From: an uncultured Bacteroidales bacterium
Lineage (GTDB): Bacteria; Bacteroidota; Bacteroidia; Bacteroidales; VadinHA17
Assembly: GCA_963791065.1 (NCBI GenBank)
Contig: CAWBQN010000018.1
Location: forward strand, 391,917 to 455,916
DNA length: 64,000 nt
Direction: 5' to 3'
In this document: piece after piece, positions 30,040 to 41,225 of the stretch
Layout: every line of letters begins with the position of its first letter
Position numbering within the stretch: position 1 is the stretch's first letter
Notes under the pieces: model-generated
What the model saw: the letters and a program-made list of their open reading frames with translations, nothing else
Told to the model about the DNA's origin: nothing
The model's database searches: none
Translations under genes and position numbers: made by a program

Positions 30040-32346
30040 ATGATAACTCATAATTTAGGATATCCTCGCATAGGCGACAACAGAGAATTAAAAAAAGCCG
30101 TTGAAGGATATTGGTCAGGAAAAGTCTCTTATGACCACTTAATACAGACAGGTATTGAGATCAGACAGAAAAACTGGTTATTGCAAAAGGATATGGGCAT
30201 TGATTTGATCCCTTCCAACGATTTTTCATTTTATGACCATGTATTGGATATGACGTTTGCAATTAATGCCATTCCCAGACGATATGACAGCCTGGTTCGT
30301 AATTCAGGCAAATCAAAGCTTGATTTGTATTTTGCAATGGCCCGGGGTTACCAGGAAGGGAACGCTGACATTACTGCAATGGAGATGACCAAATGGTTTG
30401 ATACTAACTACCACTATATCGTACCCGAATTTTATAAAAATCAAGAATTTAATCTCATTAATTTAAAATTCTTAGACGAATTCCTTGAAGCGAAGAAATC
30501 AGGCATTATCACAAAACCAGTATTGCTGGGCCCCGTATCCTATCTTCTCCTTGGAAAGGAAAAGGAACCAGGTTTCGACCGGATCAACCTATTGGAAAAT
30601 CTTCTTCCTGTAATTTATGATATGCTTAAGATGTTAATTTCCAATGGAGCCAAATGGGTTCAATTTGATGAACCTTTTCTGGCATTGGATCTGACTCAGA
30701 ACCAAAAAAGAGCTTTCAAAACAGCTTATTCACAAATAAAGGAGAATTTCCCCGAAATCAATCTTCTGGTTGCCACTTACTTTGAAGGTCTGCGCGACAA
30801 TTTGGAACTAGCGACAGGCCTGCCTGTTGATGCAATCCATCTCGATCTGGTGAAAGCGCCTGAACAACTTGAGCAAATAATGAATTTAATTGGAGAAGAT
30901 AAAATATTATCCCTTGGCATTGTCGATGGCAGGAACATCTGGAAGAATAATTTTGAAAATTCATTAAAGCTTATAAATTATGCCACTGCAAAGATTGGAA
31001 AGGACAGGGTTATGATAGCCCCTTCATGTTCATTGCTTCATGTCCCCTGCGATCTGGATCTGGAAACAAACGATAAAGTTTTGCCCCCTGAAATGAAGCA
31101 GTGGCTTGCATTTGCAAAGCAGAAGATTGAAGAAGTAGTAACCCTTAAGCAATTGTCTGTCGGTAAAAGGAATGAATCAATAGAATTATTATATAAAAAC
31201 AACCAGAAAGCTTTTAGTAGCCGTCAATCTTCCCAACTAGTTCATAATGATACTGTCAGGGAACGTACCAAACTCATAGAACACTATGATGGAATGAAAA
31301 GAATTCCATTCCCCCTGCGTAAAAAGAGACAACAAATACATCTGGACCTTCCTCCATTTCCGACAACTACGATCGGTTCATTTCCGCAAACCAGCGAGGT
31401 AAGGAGTTGGCGAGCCAGGCTTAAGAAGAAAGAACTTACAATAAAGGAATATAATCGTCTTGTTCAAACGGAAATTGAACGGATCATACGCTGGCAGGAA
31501 AATGTAGGTCTGGATGTTTTGGTTCATGGGGAATTTGAACGTAACGATATGGTTGAATACTTCGGTGAAATGTTAGATGGTTTTGCTTTTACCCAAAGTG
31601 GCTGGGTTCAAAGCTATGGCTCGCGCTACGTGAAGCCACCAATTATATATGGCGATGTTTTGCGTCCCGCACCTATGACAGTGGAGTGGATTAAATATGC
31701 ACAGTCACTTACATCAAGGCCGGTTAAAGGAATGTTGACAGGACCCGTTACAATCCTTGAATGGTCATTTGTAAGAGATGATCAGCCTCGTTCAGAGACA
31801 TGCTTTCAAATTGCTCTGGCTGTCAGGGATGAAGTGCTCGATCTGGAAAAGGCAAACATTAAAATTATTCAGCTTGATGAACCAGCACTCAGAGAAGGAC
31901 TGCCTCTTAGAAAAGAAGATTGGAAATCTTATCTCGATTGGTCTGTTAAAGCTTTTCGCCTTTCTTATGCCGGCGTTAAAGATGATACACAGATCCATAC
32001 ACACATGTGCTATTCCGAATTCAACGATATCATTCAAAGCATCACGGCTATGGATGCAGATGTAATAACCATTGAATGTTCGAGATCACAGATGGAACTA
32101 TTGGATGCATTCAATGAATATGAATATCCCAATGATATCGGACCAGGAGTATACGATATTCACTCACCTCGTGTACCTTCTCGTAATGAGATGGTTGATC
32201 TTTTGAGAAAAGCTTCCATTGTTATTCCGAAAGAGAATATCTGGATTAATCCGGATTGCGGATTGAAAACACGAGGTTGGGAAGAGACTAATAAAGCTAT
32301 TATTGAAATGGTAAATGCTGCCAGATTAGTTCGCGAAACGATATAA
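30040..32346 (+). CDS. metE: Cobalamin-independent methionine synthase (5-methyltetrahydropteroyltriglutamate-homocysteine S-methyltransferase)
   Basis: 768-aa ORF starting HNLGYPRIGDNRELKKA. It has duplicated (beta/alpha)8 halves and C-terminal zinc ligands HMCYSEF ... NPDCGLKTR. Confidence 0.92.
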   Translation: MITHNLGYPRIGDNRELKKAVEGYWSGKVSYDHLIQTGIEIRQKNWLLQKDMGIDLIPSNDFSFYDHVLDMTFAINAIPRRYDSLVRNSGKSKLDLYFAMARGYQEGNADITAMEMTKWFDTNYHYIVPEFYKNQEFNLINLKFLDEFLEAKKSGIITKPVLLGPVSYLLLGKEKEPGFDRINLLENLLPVIYDMLKMLISNGAKWVQFDEPFLALDLTQNQKRAFKTAYSQIKENFPEINLLVATYFEGLRDNLELATGLPVDAIHLDLVKAPEQLEQIMNLIGEDKILSLGIVDGRNIWKNNFENSLKLINYATAKIGKDRVMIAPSCSLLHVPCDLDLETNDKVLPPEMKQWLAFAKQKIEEVVTLKQLSVGKRNESIELLYKNNQKAFSSRQSSQLVHNDTVRERTKLIEHYDGMKRIPFPLRKKRQQIHLDLPPFPTTTIGSFPQTSEVRSWRARLKKKELTIKEYNRLVQTEIERIIRWQENVGLDVLVHGEFERNDMVEYFGEMLDGFAFTQSGWVQSYGSRYVKPPIIYGDVLRPAPMTVEWIKYAQSLTSRPVKGMLTGPVTILEWSFVRDDQPRSETCFQIALAVRDEVLDLEKANIKIIQLDEPALREGLPLRKEDWKSYLDWSVKAFRLSYAGVKDDTQIHTHMCYSEFNDIIQSITAMDADVITIECSRSQMELLDAFNEYEYPNDIGPGVYDIHSPRVPSRNEMVDLLRKASIVIPKENIWINPDCGLKTRGWEETNKAIIEMVNAARLVRETI

Positions 32347-32469
32347 ATACACGCCAATTAATGCTCATTTCTTATTCCTTTCATAATATAGGCAAACCTT
32401 GTTCTTATAAAACATTTTGGCTGTTTATTTTGTTGCCGTGAAGAGTTAAGGAATAACAATGCAAAAATC

Positions 32470-33021
32470 ATGAAAACAAATCATGAAAGCGATATCAAAA
32501 ATAACCTTAGTGATTTTCCAGAGAATTTGGTAAAGCTTATTTATAGAACATTGGATACTAAAGACTTCAGTGATAAACTTATCGCAAGGGAAAGCCTGGT
32601 GAAAATGGGAAAATCAATCATCCCGCAAATCCATAAATTATTGAGCTCCGATAATGATTTGCTTCGTATGGAAGCTGCAAAGATAATTGAGCTTATTGCT
32701 GACAGAAGGTCTATACCCTTATTATTGGGTTTGCTCGATGATCCTGTATTCGACATAAGATGGATAGCAGCCGAAGGACTAATAAAAATAGGCAGACCAA
32801 GCATTTGCCCCTTATTGAAGTCCGTTCGTGATGGAAAAAGCGCTCTCATTTTTAACAGAGGAACCCATCATATCTTGCTTAGTCTTCTGGAAGAGGATGA
32901 GAAGCGGAGGCTAATGCCGCTGCTTCAAAGTCTCGATAACTATCATGAGTTAGGAGAAACTTCTCCCGTCATGGCTTCAATGGCATTGAAAACAGAATTC
33001 AGATGTAAAAGTTATGTTTGA
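32470..33021 (+). CDS. HEAT-repeat domain protein
   Basis: 183-aa ORF with reiterated helical repeats (LLSSDNDLLRMEAAKIIELIADRRSIPLLLGLLDDPVFDIRWIAAEGLIKIG). Confidence 0.6.
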   Translation: MKTNHESDIKNNLSDFPENLVKLIYRTLDTKDFSDKLIARESLVKMGKSIIPQIHKLLSSDNDLLRMEAAKIIELIADRRSIPLLLGLLDDPVFDIRWIAAEGLIKIGRPSICPLLKSVRDGKSALIFNRGTHHILLSLLEEDEKRRLMPLLQSLDNYHELGETSPVMASMALKTEFRCKSYV

Positions 33022-33224
33022 CAGAACAGTTACCAGCCTAAGAAAAGTTTATTGAAGCCTTCGACAAGCTTTTGGAGACCTTAACAAAAAAGTCATTAGA
33101 AATTAAGTGAGTTCCCTCCAATTGGCTATTCGCGTTCTGATTAAATGACGAACAAATGGTGCTGTAAACTTGTTTGCAGGTAAAGCTTTTATAATGTTCA
33201 TTCGTTAAATCAAAAAATATCATT

Positions 33225-33416
33225 ATGGCAATAAAAAAAGTTTGGGTAGAGGAAGATTGCACAGCATGTGGCTTGTGTGAAGAAATTTGTCCGGAAGTAT
33301 TTTTACTGAAAGACATTGCTACAGTTATAGAAGGTGTAAACTATGCTGATCATGAGGCTAAAATAAAGGAAGCAGCAGAAAGTTGCCCTGTTGAGGTTAT
33401 AAAATACTCAGAGTAA
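33225..33416 (+). CDS. Small ferredoxin (single [4Fe-4S]/[3Fe-4S] cluster type)
   Basis: 63 aa with CTACGLCEEICP ... CP cysteine spacing. Confidence 0.75.
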   Translation: MAIKKVWVEEDCTACGLCEEICPEVFLLKDIATVIEGVNYADHEAKIKEAAESCPVEVIKYSE

Positions 33417-33449
33417 GGTTATGCCTGCAGTAATACCGAAAGGCACAAA

Positions 33450-33800
33450 ATGAAAATCAAGATCAAAAGAGTATATGAAAAGCCCGATAGCGAAGACGGC
33501 AAACGTATTCTTGTAGACAGGCTCTGGCCACGGGGATTGACAAAAGAAAAAGCCAGCATTGATTTATGGTTGAAGGAAATTGCTCCCAGTACTGAACTAC
33601 GGAAATGGTTTGGGCACGACCCTGAAAAATGGAAAGAGTTCGGGAAACGCTATAGTGCCGAACTCAAAAAGAACGAAGAGCAGGTGTCGCTTTTGAAGGA
33701 GCAGTTGAAGAAAGGAACGGTAACATTGGTTTATGGTGCAAAAGACAAAGAGCATAATGAAGCGCTTGTTCTCAAAGAACTATTGGGCCCTCTGGCTTAA
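33450..33800 (+). CDS. DUF488 (YeaO-like) family protein
   Basis: [57 protein letters not shown] is characteristic of the family. Confidence 0.75.
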   Translation: MKIKIKRVYEKPDSEDGKRILVDRLWPRGLTKEKASIDLWLKEIAPSTELRKWFGHDPEKWKEFGKRYSAELKKNEEQVSLLKEQLKKGTVTLVYGAKDKEHNEALVLKELLGPLA

Positions 33801-33903
33801 AAACACCTCTTCCGGTAAACTTTTTTCAGAGTGTCTGTACCGCAGTCACGATTGTTATTTCCAGGGCTGCCCTTGCCCATGAGAATTTCTTAAATAACTC
33901 AAA

Positions 33904-34680
33904 TTAGAACCCTTCAAAAACGCCTAATCCGAAAAGTGCGAAATCATACTTAACGGGATCTTCTCCATCCATTTTCCTTAAATTTGCATCTAATTCGAAT
34001 ACGGCTTTGGAATCATTCTGTTTTCGGGTTATCAATCCCAGTTTTCGTGCCACATTTCCGGAGTGAACATCAAGCGGACAAGACAAAACAGATGGAGAAA
34101 TAGAATTCCATATGCCAAAATCTACCCCGTTTTTATCTTTTCTGACCATCCACCGTAAATACATATTAATTTTTTTTGCTGCAGATCCTTTTAACGGATC
34201 TGAAATATGTTTACTTGTTCTGTTGTTATGCGGTAACTCAAAGAACATGCTTCTGAATTTATGAATTGCCGGCTGTAAAGAATCATTAGTCTGGTATTTG
34301 TTAAATATCCCTTCTAAACCATCCCCGGTTGAATAAATATGTTTTAATGCTTTAATAAAATATATAAAATCAGCAGAATTAAAAGTTCTGTGGATGACTG
34401 AAGATATTTTTTCCAGATCACCTGAACTATGGTTCATAACAAAATCATATGGCGAATCATCAAGATAGGCCATCATACGATTAGCGTTTCTGAGGATCAT
34501 TTTTCGATTACCCCAGGCGATGGTAGCTGCCAGAAAGCCTGAAATTTCTATGTCTTCTTTAATCGAAAAAAGATGCGGGATGCTTATAGGATCGAATTCG
34601 ATAAAGTCAGGGCGATTATACTTTTCGACCTTCTCATCCAAAAACTCTTTCAGCTCTTCGTTATTTAATTTCATATCCAT
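33904..34680 (-). CDS. TIGR02757/DUF2400 family protein
   Basis: 258-aa ORF with DPISIPH, LAATIAWGNRKMI and PLDVHSGNVARKLGL segments. Assigned from memory. Confidence 0.55.
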   Translation of the reverse strand: MDMKLNNEELKEFLDEKVEKYNRPDFIEFDPISIPHLFSIKEDIEISGFLAATIAWGNRKMILRNANRMMAYLDDSPYDFVMNHSSGDLEKISSVIHRTFNSADFIYFIKALKHIYSTGDGLEGIFNKYQTNDSLQPAIHKFRSMFFELPHNNRTSKHISDPLKGSAAKKINMYLRWMVRKDKNGVDFGIWNSISPSVLSCPLDVHSGNVARKLGLITRKQNDSKAVFELDANLRKMDGEDPVKYDFALFGLGVFEGF

Positions 34681-34871
34681 AATTTTAGCATCACAAAATT
34701 ATGGAAACCGGGTTAGCTGTCTTAATTGTCTTCGGATACCTGTTTCCATATGTTTGGCTCAAAGGTACAGGTTTCGAACATATATTGGTATACGGAAAAG
34801 TTTGATCATCCCGGTCCGGTGATACATGACAATGCACTTTACGGGCCGGGTGGCAGTGAAAAGTTCTGACT

Positions 34872-35579
34872 ATGGCTAATAATTATTTCAGTTTTAAACA
34901 GTTTACAATTTACCAGGATAAATCGGCTTTTAAAGTTGGTACAGATGGTGTGCTGCTTGGGGCCGTAACCGATATTACCCGTGTACGGAGTATCCTGGAT
35001 ATAGGGTCAGGTACCGGTTTGATCTCAATTATGCTTGCACAGAGGAGTGATGCAACAATAACTGCCATAGAACCCGACCCTGAATCCTATATTCAAGCCA
35101 CCGAAAATGTCAGTCGCTGTAATTGGAGTAACAGAATAAAAGTTGAGCATACTGACCTTCAAAAATTTAATCGGGCCCTGGGGAATTTTGATCTTATCGT
35201 TACCAATCCGCCTTATTTTTCGGGTTCGCTTAAAAGTCCTGATCCCCGGAAGTCTGCTACCCGTCACAACGATTCGTTAACTTCAGTGGAACTGCTTGAG
35301 AATGTTGTGAAATTATTGAATGAGGATGGCCGTTTTCAGTTGATATTGCCATATGTTGAAGGGAATATATTTATTGCAGAGGCTAACAAATATGGTCTGT
35401 ATTGTAATAATATACTAAAAATCAGACCTTTGCCTAACTCGGAGATCAGGAGATTGATATTGACCTTCAGCAGAATTCAGAAGAAACCTGTTGAAAAGTT
35501 CCTGACCATCGAACACGGAAGGCATCAGTTCACTCAAGATTATATAAATCTGACGAAGGATTTTTATATGAAATTCTGA
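34872..35579 (+). CDS. tRNA1(Val) (adenine37-N6)-methyltransferase (YfiC/TrmN6-like)
   Basis: FSFKQFTIYQDKSAFKVGTDGVLLGA, SAM motif DIGSGTGLISIMLAQR and catalytic NPPYF. Confidence 0.8.
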   Translation: MANNYFSFKQFTIYQDKSAFKVGTDGVLLGAVTDITRVRSILDIGSGTGLISIMLAQRSDATITAIEPDPESYIQATENVSRCNWSNRIKVEHTDLQKFNRALGNFDLIVTNPPYFSGSLKSPDPRKSATRHNDSLTSVELLENVVKLLNEDGRFQLILPYVEGNIFIAEANKYGLYCNNILKIRPLPNSEIRRLILTFSRIQKKPVEKFLTIEHGRHQFTQDYINLTKDFYMKF

Positions 35580-35583
35580 TATC

Positions 35584-35611
35584 GTAGGGCACAGGCGCGA
35601 CCGTGCCCTAC
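35584..35611. terminator. GC-rich 9-bp hairpin between convergent genes (possible bidirectional terminator)
   Basis: gtagggcac (35584-35592) pairs with gtgccctac (35603-35611) around a 10-nt loop. It overlaps the stop codon (35608-35610) of the minus-strand gene. There is no clear U-run on either side. Confidence 0.35.
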
Positions 35612-36942
35612 AATATAATCTCACTCTCCGGCAACCCGAATTCCTCCTTCATCTCAATTCCAAGAGTTTTGAGTTCATCAAGGACAGGATTATAGATCTG
35701 GGGTATTACCGGCCTGCTGACCCCCTTCACATCAAACCTGTTTTCCAATATCATCTTAACTGCAATGGAAGCCGGCAAAGCTACTGTGCGGGAAATTGAT
35801 GTATTAGTGGATGGAGATCCGAAATCAAGCATTGACGACTTTATCACCTCTCTTTTTCCATCAGGATAAGATGCAAGAACAATATGCTGCAGAACAACCA
35901 TATCGCGTTCATTAACAGATAGAAGCATCTTTTTTATCATCCTGTCGGATGTGATCTCAAAGGGTGTGGTCTCATGATAGTGAAGCATTTCGTCACTGAA
36001 GAAACCAAGAAAATCAAGGGATTGAATAGCCGGGGAATTTAATGTACTCCCTAGTTTTTTTGACACTTTTGTTTTAAGATCATTAACTTCTAATCCGCTT
36101 CGTTCGGCAAGGAATCCTGCATAGGTGATCCTGTGATAATTATTGACTGAATCATCGAGCATCCTAAGGGTTTTCATAGCATCCAGGGCTTCACACCAGC
36201 CTTTGTACCTGAAGGTTCCACGGTACATCGTATGGGTCTCAGGTATGCCGTAAATATCAATATAACTAATTGAGTCCCTGTTTGGATAGACTTCCAGATC
36301 ACCAATTCCCGGAAACGCATAATTGAACCTGTCTTTGAACAGACCGGCAGGCTCTATTTTGATCTTTTTGCCCTTTTTCAGATAATGGGCACCGTTCCTG
36401 CTTGCGAGGATCACTCCTTTAGGGCTCCACGAGAATTTATACTTCAAAGGATTATTAGCAGCTTCGGGAGCCGGAAGAGCTCCGCAAAGCGAATAGAATT
36501 CTTCAATCTGGCCGTTTTTATTACGAACATGATCAATAATTCTCATTGCAGTCATGTGATCTATTCCCGGATCAAGGCCAATCTCATTCAGGAATAATAA
36601 ACCTGCTTTCCTGGCAGGTTCATCAAGCTCCATCATAGCAGGCTGAATATATGATGTAGTGACAAGTGATTTTCCATGCCGCAGGCAAACCTTTGCTATT
36701 TCAGAATGATACATGTATGGCAGAAGACTTACTGCGATATCATGTTCCGCCACAATTTTATCGAGCATCGCTGGATCATCCATTGACCAGTCGAGTGATG
36801 ATCCCAGGGGGTTTCCTTTTATCATCTCATCGGCTCTCTCCTTCATCGGAGATGCAATCAACAGGCTAAAATTATTTTTTAACAGGTATTCGACCATCGG
36901 TTTGACAACAAGACCTGCTCCGAGTATTAAAACTTTTTTCAT
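35608..36942 (-). CDS. Saccharopine dehydrogenase family oxidoreductase
   Basis: 444-aa ORF with Rossmann N-terminus MKKVLILGAGLVVKPMVEYLL and the GLDPGIDHM motif. Confidence 0.75.
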   Translation of the reverse strand: MKKVLILGAGLVVKPMVEYLLKNNFSLLIASPMKERADEMIKGNPLGSSLDWSMDDPAMLDKIVAEHDIAVSLLPYMYHSEIAKVCLRHGKSLVTTSYIQPAMMELDEPARKAGLLFLNEIGLDPGIDHMTAMRIIDHVRNKNGQIEEFYSLCGALPAPEAANNPLKYKFSWSPKGVILASRNGAHYLKKGKKIKIEPAGLFKDRFNYAFPGIGDLEVYPNRDSISYIDIYGIPETHTMYRGTFRYKGWCEALDAMKTLRMLDDSVNNYHRITYAGFLAERSGLEVNDLKTKVSKKLGSTLNSPAIQSLDFLGFFSDEMLHYHETTPFEITSDRMIKKMLLSVNERDMVVLQHIVLASYPDGKREVIKSSMLDFGSPSTNTSISRTVALPASIAVKMILENRFDVKGVSRPVIPQIYNPVLDELKTLGIEMKEEFGLPESEIIL

Positions 36943-36946
36943 ATCT

Positions 36947-37050
36947 ATTGATTTTCTTCGTTTACCCCGTCCCCAAGGGGAGCGAAGAAAATCAATTTAC
37001 TCCCCCTGGGGTTGGGGTAAATAAATTGATTTTCCAGCGACCCTGGGTAG
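36947..37050 (+). repeat. GC-rich hairpin element, copy B (partial relative of the 7.4 kb and 62.7 kb elements)
   Basis: A 14-bp stem attgattttcttcg (36947-36960) / cgaagaaaatcaat (36983-36996) encloses tccccaagggga. It is followed by actccccctgggg...ggggtaa and attttccagcga, which echo actccccctg...ggggag and aaattccagcac of copies A and C. Confidence 0.55.
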
Positions 37051-37278
37051 GTTACAAATTTCAACATATGCTGCTATTATTATTAACTGAAAGGTAAATA
37101 AACTCTTTTACAGATACTATGACATTCTCTATGAATTCTTCGTGTCTTTATGCCTTCGTGGCATTTTTCTTTGCTGCAAAGACGCAAAGACGCAAAGGAA
37201 TAGCGAATATATTTCCTTAATATCAATTCTTTATATTAATTAAATTCAAAAACTATTTCATTAATATTACCGGCGATG

Positions 37279-37286
37279 TATCTTTG
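37279..37286 (+). promoter_or_regulatory. -7 promoter box TAtcTTTG upstream of mutS
   Basis: Exact TAnnTTTG match, 50 nt upstream of ATG 37336. Confidence 0.45.
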
Positions 37287-37335
37287 TCAGTAACATGCTG
37301 ACACTGCAGAATTAATTATAATCGCTACATTTCAG

Positions 37336-39945
37336 ATGTCTGATTTTCAGAAGTATGTAGAAACGCCGCTGATGAAGCAGTATAACAACATCAAGACCAA
37401 ACATCCTGATGCGATACTACTTTTCAGAGTAGGGGATTTTTATGAAACATTCGGAGAAGATGCGATCAGAGCTTCTGAAATTCTTGGTATTACACTGACC
37501 CGCCGGGCAAACGGATCAGCATCGTTTGTAGAACTGGCCGGTTTCCCCTACCATGCCCTCGATACTTATCTCCCGCGTCTTGTCAGAGCCGGTCAGAGAG
37601 TGGCTATCTGTGAGCAGCTTGAAGATCCAAAGCTCACTAAAAAAATCGTCAGGCGAGGAATAATTGAGATGGTGACTCCTGGGGTCCTGCTCAATGAAAA
37701 TGTGTTAAATCATAAAGAAAACAATTTCCTGGCAGCTGTACATATTGATAAAAAAATTGCCGGTGTGGCATTTCTCGATATATCAACCGGTGAATTCCTT
37801 ACATCGGAAGGAACTATTGATTATATAGATCAGATGCTTAATAATTTCCAGCCAAAGGAAGTCTTGTTTGAAAAAGGAAAGAAGGATCTGTTCCTTGATT
37901 ATTTTGGTCCGAAATTCTATACTTTTAAGCTTGACGACTGGATATTTACCCAGGAGGCTGCAAATGACAGATTACTTAAACAGTTTGAAACCAGTTCTTT
38001 AAAAGGTTTCGGAGTTCATAATCTGAATTTTGGAATTATTGCAGCCGGAGCCATTCTGTATTATCTCGATCTTACACAGCATGAACAGCTTGGTCATATT
38101 ACCAGCCTCTCGAGGATTGAGGAAAACAGATATGTCTGGCTCGATAAATTTACAATCAAAAATCTGGAACTGTTCCACTCTCCATATGAAGGCGCCAAGA
38201 CTCTGATTGATGTGATGGACCGTACCATTTCTCCGATGGGTGGCAGATTAATGAAAAGATGGCTGTCACTTCCGCTTAAAGATATTCAACCGGTCAATGA
38301 GCGCCTCGACGTTGTACAATATTTTGTTGAAAACGGTGCGGTAAAAGATGAAGCTGTTGGCTTTATCCGTCAGATAGGCGATCTGGAAAGACTAAGCTCC
38401 AAAGTTGCAGTCAACAGGATTAACCCCAGGGAAGTCGTCCAGTTGAAGCGGGCATTAAAGGCCATTGAACCGCTGAAGGAACTCTGCAATAACAGCGGAT
38501 GCCTTCCGCTTACTCAAATTGCCGAGCAGCTAAATCCATGCAGATTCTTAGCCGACAAAATAGAAAGAGAGATCAATAACGATCCCCCGGTACAGTTAAA
38601 TAAAGGGAATGTGATTGCCAGTGGGATATCAGATGAACTCGATGAATTGCGTAAAATTCTCTATTTCGGGAAAGACTATCTGGCAGACCTTCAGACACGC
38701 GAGAGTGAACGCACGGGAATTTCTTCGCTCAAGGTAAGCTTCAATAATGTTTTCGGATACTACATCGAAGTGCGGAATACCCACAAAGACAAGGTTCCGC
38801 CTGAATGGATAAGGAAACAGACACTCGTAAGCGCTGAACGTTATATCACTGAGGAGCTTAAGGAATATGAAAACAAGATATTCGGTGCCGAGGAAAAAAT
38901 AATCACCCTTGAGACCAGACTTTTTACAGATCTTGTACTGGCAATAATGGAATATATCCCTCCTGTCCAGCTGAATTCGACACTTGTGGCCAGACTGGAT
39001 TGCTTGCAGTCGTTTGCAGTTATTTCCACTGAAAACAATTATATAAGGCCGCAACTGAACGATTCGCAGATTCTCTCAATAACCGAAGGACGTCATCCGG
39101 TAATTGAAAAGCAATTACCTGTAGGTGAATCCTATGTTCCAAATGACCTGGTACTTGATACTGAAGATCAACAGATTATAATATTAACAGGACCGAATAT
39201 GTCGGGAAAATCTGCACTTCTGCGACAAACGGCATTGATTGTACTTATGGCACAAACAGGATGTTTTGTCCCTGCAAAGGCTGCAACGATTGGAATGATT
39301 GATAAAATATTCACGAGGGTTGGAGCATCGGATAATATCAGTCTTGGAGAATCAACATTTATGGTCGAAATGAATGAAACAGCCAGTATTCTTAACAATC
39401 TCTCCGACCGCAGCCTGGTATTGCTCGATGAAATTGGAAGGGGGACGAGTACTTATGATGGTATTTCAATTGCCTGGGCTATGGTTGAATATCTTCATGA
39501 AAATAAACTCAGAGCCAAAACATTGTTTGCTACTCATTATCATGAGCTTAACGAGATGGAAGATTCATTTTCAAGAGTAAAGAACTATAGTGTCTCAATT
39601 AAAGAGCTTAATAACAGGGTTATTTTTCTCAGGAAGCTAAAACGAGGAGGCAGTGAGCATAGCTTTGGAATACATGTAGCCAGGATGGCAGGTATGCCAA
39701 GAAGCGTAGTAAACCGTGCTGATGACATACTTAAAGAACTGGAACAAAGTCACGATAAAAAAGAACTCGCAAAACCAATTGCCGATCTTGCCGGGCATAG
39801 GGAAGGGATGCAGCTTAGTATCTTTCAGCTTGACGACCCTGTTCTGAAGCAGATCCGTGATGAGATCCTCGAAATTGATATTGATAATCTTACTCCAGTC
39901 GAAGCTCTAAATAAACTTTATAATATAAAAAAATTGCTTAAATAA
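37336..39945 (+). CDS. mutS: DNA mismatch repair protein MutS
   Basis: 869-aa ORF with [34 protein letters not shown], Walker A GPNMSGKS, the [12 protein letters not shown] motif and the FATHYHEL motif. Confidence 0.93.
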   Translation: MSDFQKYVETPLMKQYNNIKTKHPDAILLFRVGDFYETFGEDAIRASEILGITLTRRANGSASFVELAGFPYHALDTYLPRLVRAGQRVAICEQLEDPKLTKKIVRRGIIEMVTPGVLLNENVLNHKENNFLAAVHIDKKIAGVAFLDISTGEFLTSEGTIDYIDQMLNNFQPKEVLFEKGKKDLFLDYFGPKFYTFKLDDWIFTQEAANDRLLKQFETSSLKGFGVHNLNFGIIAAGAILYYLDLTQHEQLGHITSLSRIEENRYVWLDKFTIKNLELFHSPYEGAKTLIDVMDRTISPMGGRLMKRWLSLPLKDIQPVNERLDVVQYFVENGAVKDEAVGFIRQIGDLERLSSKVAVNRINPREVVQLKRALKAIEPLKELCNNSGCLPLTQIAEQLNPCRFLADKIEREINNDPPVQLNKGNVIASGISDELDELRKILYFGKDYLADLQTRESERTGISSLKVSFNNVFGYYIEVRNTHKDKVPPEWIRKQTLVSAERYITEELKEYENKIFGAEEKIITLETRLFTDLVLAIMEYIPPVQLNSTLVARLDCLQSFAVISTENNYIRPQLNDSQILSITEGRHPVIEKQLPVGESYVPNDLVLDTEDQQIIILTGPNMSGKSALLRQTALIVLMAQTGCFVPAKAATIGMIDKIFTRVGASDNISLGESTFMVEMNETASILNNLSDRSLVLLDEIGRGTSTYDGISIAWAMVEYLHENKLRAKTLFATHYHELNEMEDSFSRVKNYSVSIKELNNRVIFLRKLKRGGSEHSFGIHVARMAGMPRSVVNRADDILKELEQSHDKKELAKPIADLAGHREGMQLSIFQLDDPVLKQIRDEILEIDIDNLTPVEALNKLYNIKKLLK

Positions 39946-39957
39946 GTTTCAAAAATA

Positions 39958-39965
39958 TACTTTTG
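39958..39965 (+). promoter_or_regulatory. -7 promoter box TActTTTG upstream of the 40002 gene
   Basis: Exact TAnnTTTG match, 37 nt upstream of ATG 40002. Confidence 0.4.
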
Positions 39966-40001
39966 CAAAAATCAGTGAATTCCAGTAACTAATAAGTCAA
40001 T

Positions 40002-41225
40002 ATGATTTCCAGACAACACAGAACCTCGTGCATAAAATATACCTTATTTATTGTCTCCCTTTTCTTTATTTGTTCACTCTATGCTCAGAAATCTGAACCA
40101 TTAGGGTTTGACAACTTTCAGAAGAAAATCACCCAGAAACAGGATACAGTTAAGGTGCAAAAAAGCCAGCGTATAATACGCACGGAACCTGATACAAATT
40201 TTACATGGGAAAAATATGCAGCGTTCCTCAAGAAAGTATCCGATACAAGTAAATATGTTGTTTTGCCCTTAAATGAGTTCCGTCAGACTATTGATAGTAA
40301 AAAAATTGTGATTGGATTAAGGCACGATATTGATGTTGATCTGAATGTGGCATTTCAGTTCTCGGATATCGAGTATAAGCTGGGCTTCCGTTCAACATAT
40401 TTTGTATTGCACACAGCTCCATATTATCTGGCTAATCCGGGTAATATGGCTGTTCATTCTGAAAGTATTATTCCCATTTTAAAAACAATGCAAAACGAAA
40501 GGCATTTCGAAATTGGATGGCATAACGACCTGGTCACTTTGCAGCTGATTTATAATATAGATCCTGTTACTTTTTTGCATAATGAGTTAAATTGGCTGCG
40601 GTCAAATGGAATAAATATAGTTGGTACGGCATCTCATGGGTCAAATTATTGCAAGATTTACCACTATCTTAATTACTATTTTTTTGAGGAGTGCACACTC
40701 CCGATCGTACCGAACTTTCCTAATAATATTACTGTCCCGATAGGCGGTAAGAATGTTGCCATAACTAAAGGTAAGCTAAGTGATTTTGGGTTGCAGTATG
40801 AGGCATATTTTCTGAATGACAACAGAAGATTATCCGATGCCACAATAACCAGCGGAGTAAGATGGAATATAGGGATGCTCGACCTGAATCAGTTGCAGCC
40901 CGGAGACAGGATTATCATACTTCTTCATCCTATTCACTGGCACAAAGGTTCGGAAGAGGCTAATATTGAGTCTTTCAGCCTTATCGGACAAAAATCATGT
41001 TCGATCGATACTGTTAATTATAAAATTTCAGTGGAGATGCCTTCCGGGACCAGTAGGGAAGCGCTTACTGCTGTTTACACACTTTCACCCGGAGCTTATG
41101 TAAAAGTAGGAGGGACTCAACAGATTAATAAACATTCTGTTAATAATTTTGACCATCCCGTTATTTACAGGGTTTATGCAGAGAACCGGATAATCAAGAG
41201 AGAATGGACCGTATATGTTCATTAG
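40002..41225 (+). CDS. Secreted hypothetical protein, possibly polysaccharide deacetylase-like (CE4-like) with a C-terminal beta-sandwich
   Basis: Signal/TM segment, GLRHDIDVD and the WHND and ASHGS His/Asp-rich motifs recall the deacetylase fold. The functional call is weak. Confidence 0.4.
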   Translation: MISRQHRTSCIKYTLFIVSLFFICSLYAQKSEPLGFDNFQKKITQKQDTVKVQKSQRIIRTEPDTNFTWEKYAAFLKKVSDTSKYVVLPLNEFRQTIDSKKIVIGLRHDIDVDLNVAFQFSDIEYKLGFRSTYFVLHTAPYYLANPGNMAVHSESIIPILKTMQNERHFEIGWHNDLVTLQLIYNIDPVTFLHNELNWLRSNGINIVGTASHGSNYCKIYHYLNYYFFEECTLPIVPNFPNNITVPIGGKNVAITKGKLSDFGLQYEAYFLNDNRRLSDATITSGVRWNIGMLDLNQLQPGDRIIILLHPIHWHKGSEEANIESFSLIGQKSCSIDTVNYKISVEMPSGTSREALTAVYTLSPGAYVKVGGTQQINKHSVNNFDHPVIYRVYAENRIIKREWTVYVH

